Source: a bacterium | GTDB lineage: Bacteria > Patescibacteriota > Minisyncoccia > UBA6257 > GWB1-50-10 | Direction of reading: 5' to 3' | Assembly (NCBI GenBank): GCA_021812365.1 | Contig: JAKANQ010000004.1 | Location: forward strand, 1-47,341 | DNA: 47,341 nt | In this document: positions 45,111 to 47,341 of the stretch, in pieces | Position numbering within the stretch: the stretch's first letter is position 1 | Layout of the letters: each line of letters starts with the position of its first letter | Notes under the pieces: generated by a model | What the model saw: the letters and a program-made list of their open reading frames with translations, nothing else | What the model was told of the DNA's origin: nothing | The model's database searches: none | Program-made: the position numbers and the translations under genes

Positions 45111-45956
45111 ATGAAACGATTTCTCGCAGCCATCCCCGTGTTGATCTTCGCGTTTGCCGGCACCGCGCATGCGAATGCAACCGTAACCGTCTCCAGTTTT
45201 TCTCCTTACCAAGGCGATACCGTCTTAGTCATGTTCCGCAATAGCGCGCATCCGGTTTCCGGCTCGTTTTTGGGGCGTTCGCTTTCGTTCTTCACCTATC
45301 ACAACGCATCAAGCACCATTCTTCCCATATCCGCACTGCAAAAGGCGGGGAAGTATTCTCTTGTCATACGATTGAGCAACGGCGAGACGTACAAACACAT
45401 CGTAACGGTGCGCACGAAGAAGTTTGTGAAGGTGGTGCTCGGTATTCCGAAGGAATTGGGGCTCACCACAAGCGGACTGCTCACGAAACTCGGCGAACAG
45501 AAAGCAAGCATTGACGATGTGGTGAAACATGTGACTTCACGCGTATATTTTGACAGATCATTCGGGCTGCCGCTCTATGACAATTCAAAGATAAGTACCA
45601 CATTCGGTTCGATTCGTGAGACGGGCAATTCACTCATCCATCATTGGGGCATCGACCTTGCGGGGAAGGAGGGGTCCGCAGTCGGCTCGATGAGCGGGGG
45701 CGTGGTGAAGAGTACCTACACCGATTCGGTATATGGCAACGTGGTCATTGTGGACCATGGTGAGGGAATCTATTCGCTCTATCTCCATCTGCAGAAGATT
45801 TTGGTGAAGGAAGGGGAGAAGGTAGAGCGTGGACACGTGGTCGGTCTTTTGGGACACACGGGGTACGCGACCGGTCCACACCTTCATCTCTCCATGAAAA
45901 TAGATTCCATTCCTGTTGACCCCGTCCAGTTCGTGGCATTGTTCAAAAAATATTGA
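45111..45956 (+). CDS. M23 family metallopeptidase
   Basis: Signal peptide; 'HWGIDLA', 'YGNVVIVDHG', 'YLHL', 'TGPHLH'. Confidence 0.93.
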   Translation: MKRFLAAIPVLIFAFAGTAHANATVTVSSFSPYQGDTVLVMFRNSAHPVSGSFLGRSLSFFTYHNASSTILPISALQKAGKYSLVIRLSNGETYKHIVTVRTKKFVKVVLGIPKELGLTTSGLLTKLGEQKASIDDVVKHVTSRVYFDRSFGLPLYDNSKISTTFGSIRETGNSLIHHWGIDLAGKEGSAVGSMSGGVVKSTYTDSVYGNVVIVDHGEGIYSLYLHLQKILVKEGEKVERGHVVGLLGHTGYATGPHLHLSMKIDSIPVDPVQFVALFKKY

Positions 45957-46032
45957 CGATAGATTGTTTTTATAGTATTTTATTTTCAGCTTTTTAACAG
46001 GTTCAAGTGTGAACCATTGCTGCCTAAGGAGG
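45953..46032 (+). promoter_or_regulatory. Promoter, boxA-like motif, hairpin and SD (module J)
   Basis: TTGACG-17-TATTTT; GCTTTTTAACA 45989-45999; GGTTCA-AGTG-TGAACC; AAGGAGG 46026-46032. Confidence 0.7.
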
Positions 46033-46036
46033 GCAC

Positions 46037-47143
46037 GTGAACGAAAAGATCGCAAAGCTTTCACCAAACTTGCAAGCGCTCATCGTCGAGAAGAAGACGT
46101 CAGAGGCTTCGCTTGATCACTTTCGCCACACGCTTCAGAATCCCCGCGGCACCATCTCGAGTTTCGCGGAGAGCGCACTGCTTCACTGCAATGGCGGTGC
46201 CGCGCTCGATGCGGCACTCTGGCTGCGGCGCCATCTCAATAATGGCGGGAAGCTTGTCATCACTCTCGCGGGTGCCTTGAGTTCGTTCGAGATCGGCGTG
46301 CTTCTCACTCCGCTCATCAGAGCCGGTAAGGTGCACCTCGTTTCCGCGACGGGTGCGAATCACGAGGAATCGTATTACCGCTACGTCGCGAGCAAGGAGT
46401 ACCGTTATATTCCGCGCTACACCGAACTTACTCCCGAGCAGGAGGCGGAGCTTCGTGACGCCGGCCTTCGGCGCATCACTGATACGTTTCTCCCCGAGGA
46501 TGAGAGTGTGCGTATTTTGGAGCCGCACCTTTTGGATATGTGGCGGAATGCCGAGAAACATGGCGAACGCTTTTTCCCGCATGAGTATTTTCGTCGCTTC
46601 TTTACCGAGGGGCTTATCGCTTCCGATACGCAGCTTGGTGAGGAGGAGTGCTGGGTCCACGCGGCGTGGAAGCATTCGATTCCCATCGTGATCCCAGGAT
46701 TCGAAGATTCGACGATGGGGAACATCTTCGCGAGCTACACCTATCCGCATGGGAAACATAAGAGCAAAGCTCAGGTTTTGCTCAACCCGAATATCATGAA
46801 GACGGGGCTGGATTACTTCCATCTCATGTATGACTGGTATATGGAGGAGAGCGAGGACGCGCCCATCGCGTTCCTGCAGCTCGGTGGCGGCATCTCGGCG
46901 GATTTTCCAATCTGTGTCGTGCCATCCTTAAAGCATGACCTCGGGCTTCATGGCAAGGTGCGCGATTGGGCGGGTTTCATTGAGATCGGCTCATCGCCTA
47001 TGTCCTACGGCTCATATTCAGGTGCCGGCGGCAAGGAGAAGATCACATGGGATAAGCTTTCCACAAAAAGCTATTACCAGATCATTCAGAGCGATGTGAC
47101 CGTAGTCTTTCCCTGGATTGCCGCGATTCTGCTTGGACTGTAA
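46037..47143 (+). CDS. Deoxyhypusine synthase-like protein
   Basis: 'TLAGALSS', 'SATGAN.EE', 'RITDT..PE', 'PGFEDSTMGN', 'LGGGIS.DF', 'GSYSGA...EKITWDKL', 'SDVTVVFP'. Confidence 0.9.
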   Translation: MNEKIAKLSPNLQALIVEKKTSEASLDHFRHTLQNPRGTISSFAESALLHCNGGAALDAALWLRRHLNNGGKLVITLAGALSSFEIGVLLTPLIRAGKVHLVSATGANHEESYYRYVASKEYRYIPRYTELTPEQEAELRDAGLRRITDTFLPEDESVRILEPHLLDMWRNAEKHGERFFPHEYFRRFFTEGLIASDTQLGEEECWVHAAWKHSIPIVIPGFEDSTMGNIFASYTYPHGKHKSKAQVLLNPNIMKTGLDYFHLMYDWYMEESEDAPIAFLQLGGGISADFPICVVPSLKHDLGLHGKVRDWAGFIEIGSSPMSYGSYSGAGGKEKITWDKLSTKSYYQIIQSDVTVVFPWIAAILLGL

Positions 47144-47152
47144 GCAAATTTT

Positions 47153-47179
47153 CCCCCGCGTTCCGCGGGGGTTTTTATT
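47153..47179 (+). terminator. Intrinsic terminator, CCCCGC family
   Basis: CCCCCGCG-TTC-CGCGGGGG-TTTTTATT. Confidence 0.85.
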
Positions 47180-47221
47180 ATGTTGATTTTGAGGGTGTTC
47201 TATTATAGACTTTATTTTACT

Positions 47222-47341
47222 ATGCACGATAGAAAGAGGATGGTTGCGTTTTTAACGCTGATTGTCGCCGTATCGGTCGTTGCCGGCGTTTTTTCATATG
47301 AGCCCTTGTGGCAGAAGATAAGTTCATTCAGGCCTTGGAGC
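47222..47341 (+). CDS. N-terminus of a membrane protein, truncated by window edge (possibly SecD)
   Basis: MHDRKRMVAFLTLIVAVSVVAGVFSYEPLWQKISSFRPWS open to the end; SecD is only a guess from the TM helix. Confidence 0.5.
   Translation, partial: MHDRKRMVAFLTLIVAVSVVAGVFSYEPLWQKISSFRPWS

Noticed and set aside
1722-47179. Integron attC sites at module ends
   Set aside because: No RYYYAAC/GTTRRRY boxes; modules are dispersed, carry their own promoters, and no integrase is present
1-47341. Alternative genetic code (TGA as Gly) or prophage
   Set aside because: TGA ends several conserved genes at the expected positions; no phage structural, terminase or integrase genes seen

Overview
A 47.3-kb bacterial chromosome segment, genetic code 11, with most genes on the + strand. 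Gene content and style suggest Patescibacteria/CPR, probably Parcubacteria; this is an inference. The backbone carries uvrB, uvrA, uvrC, nfo, an alkyltransferase, ppsA, glycerate kinase, D-2-hydroxyacid and FAD-linked dehydrogenases, pyrH, tdk, tgt, lemA, an FKBP, a deoxyhypusine-synthase-like enzyme and tRNA-Ser(GGA). Non-routine structure read from the sequence: (1) about nine stand-alone single-gene modules built as sigma70 promoter, boxA-like motif, strong Shine-Dalgarno, mostly orphan ORF and intrinsic terminator (often CCCCGC/GCGGGG), whereas many backbone genes look leaderless. (2) An HTH/LAGLIDADG-like gene bracketed by two copies of a 41-bp palindrome, the second followed by a -10 box reading into a (GGGTGGGAGTA)x4 G-quadruplex repeat. 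(3) An alternating cupredoxin-like / FN3-like paralog array. (4) An AT-rich methyltransferase, GIY-YIG, DUF262/HNH, NYN island beside tRNA-Ser, ending in a promoter-driven small hairpin RNA convergent on the NYN gene. All calls come from reading motifs by eye; no database search or folding program was run.
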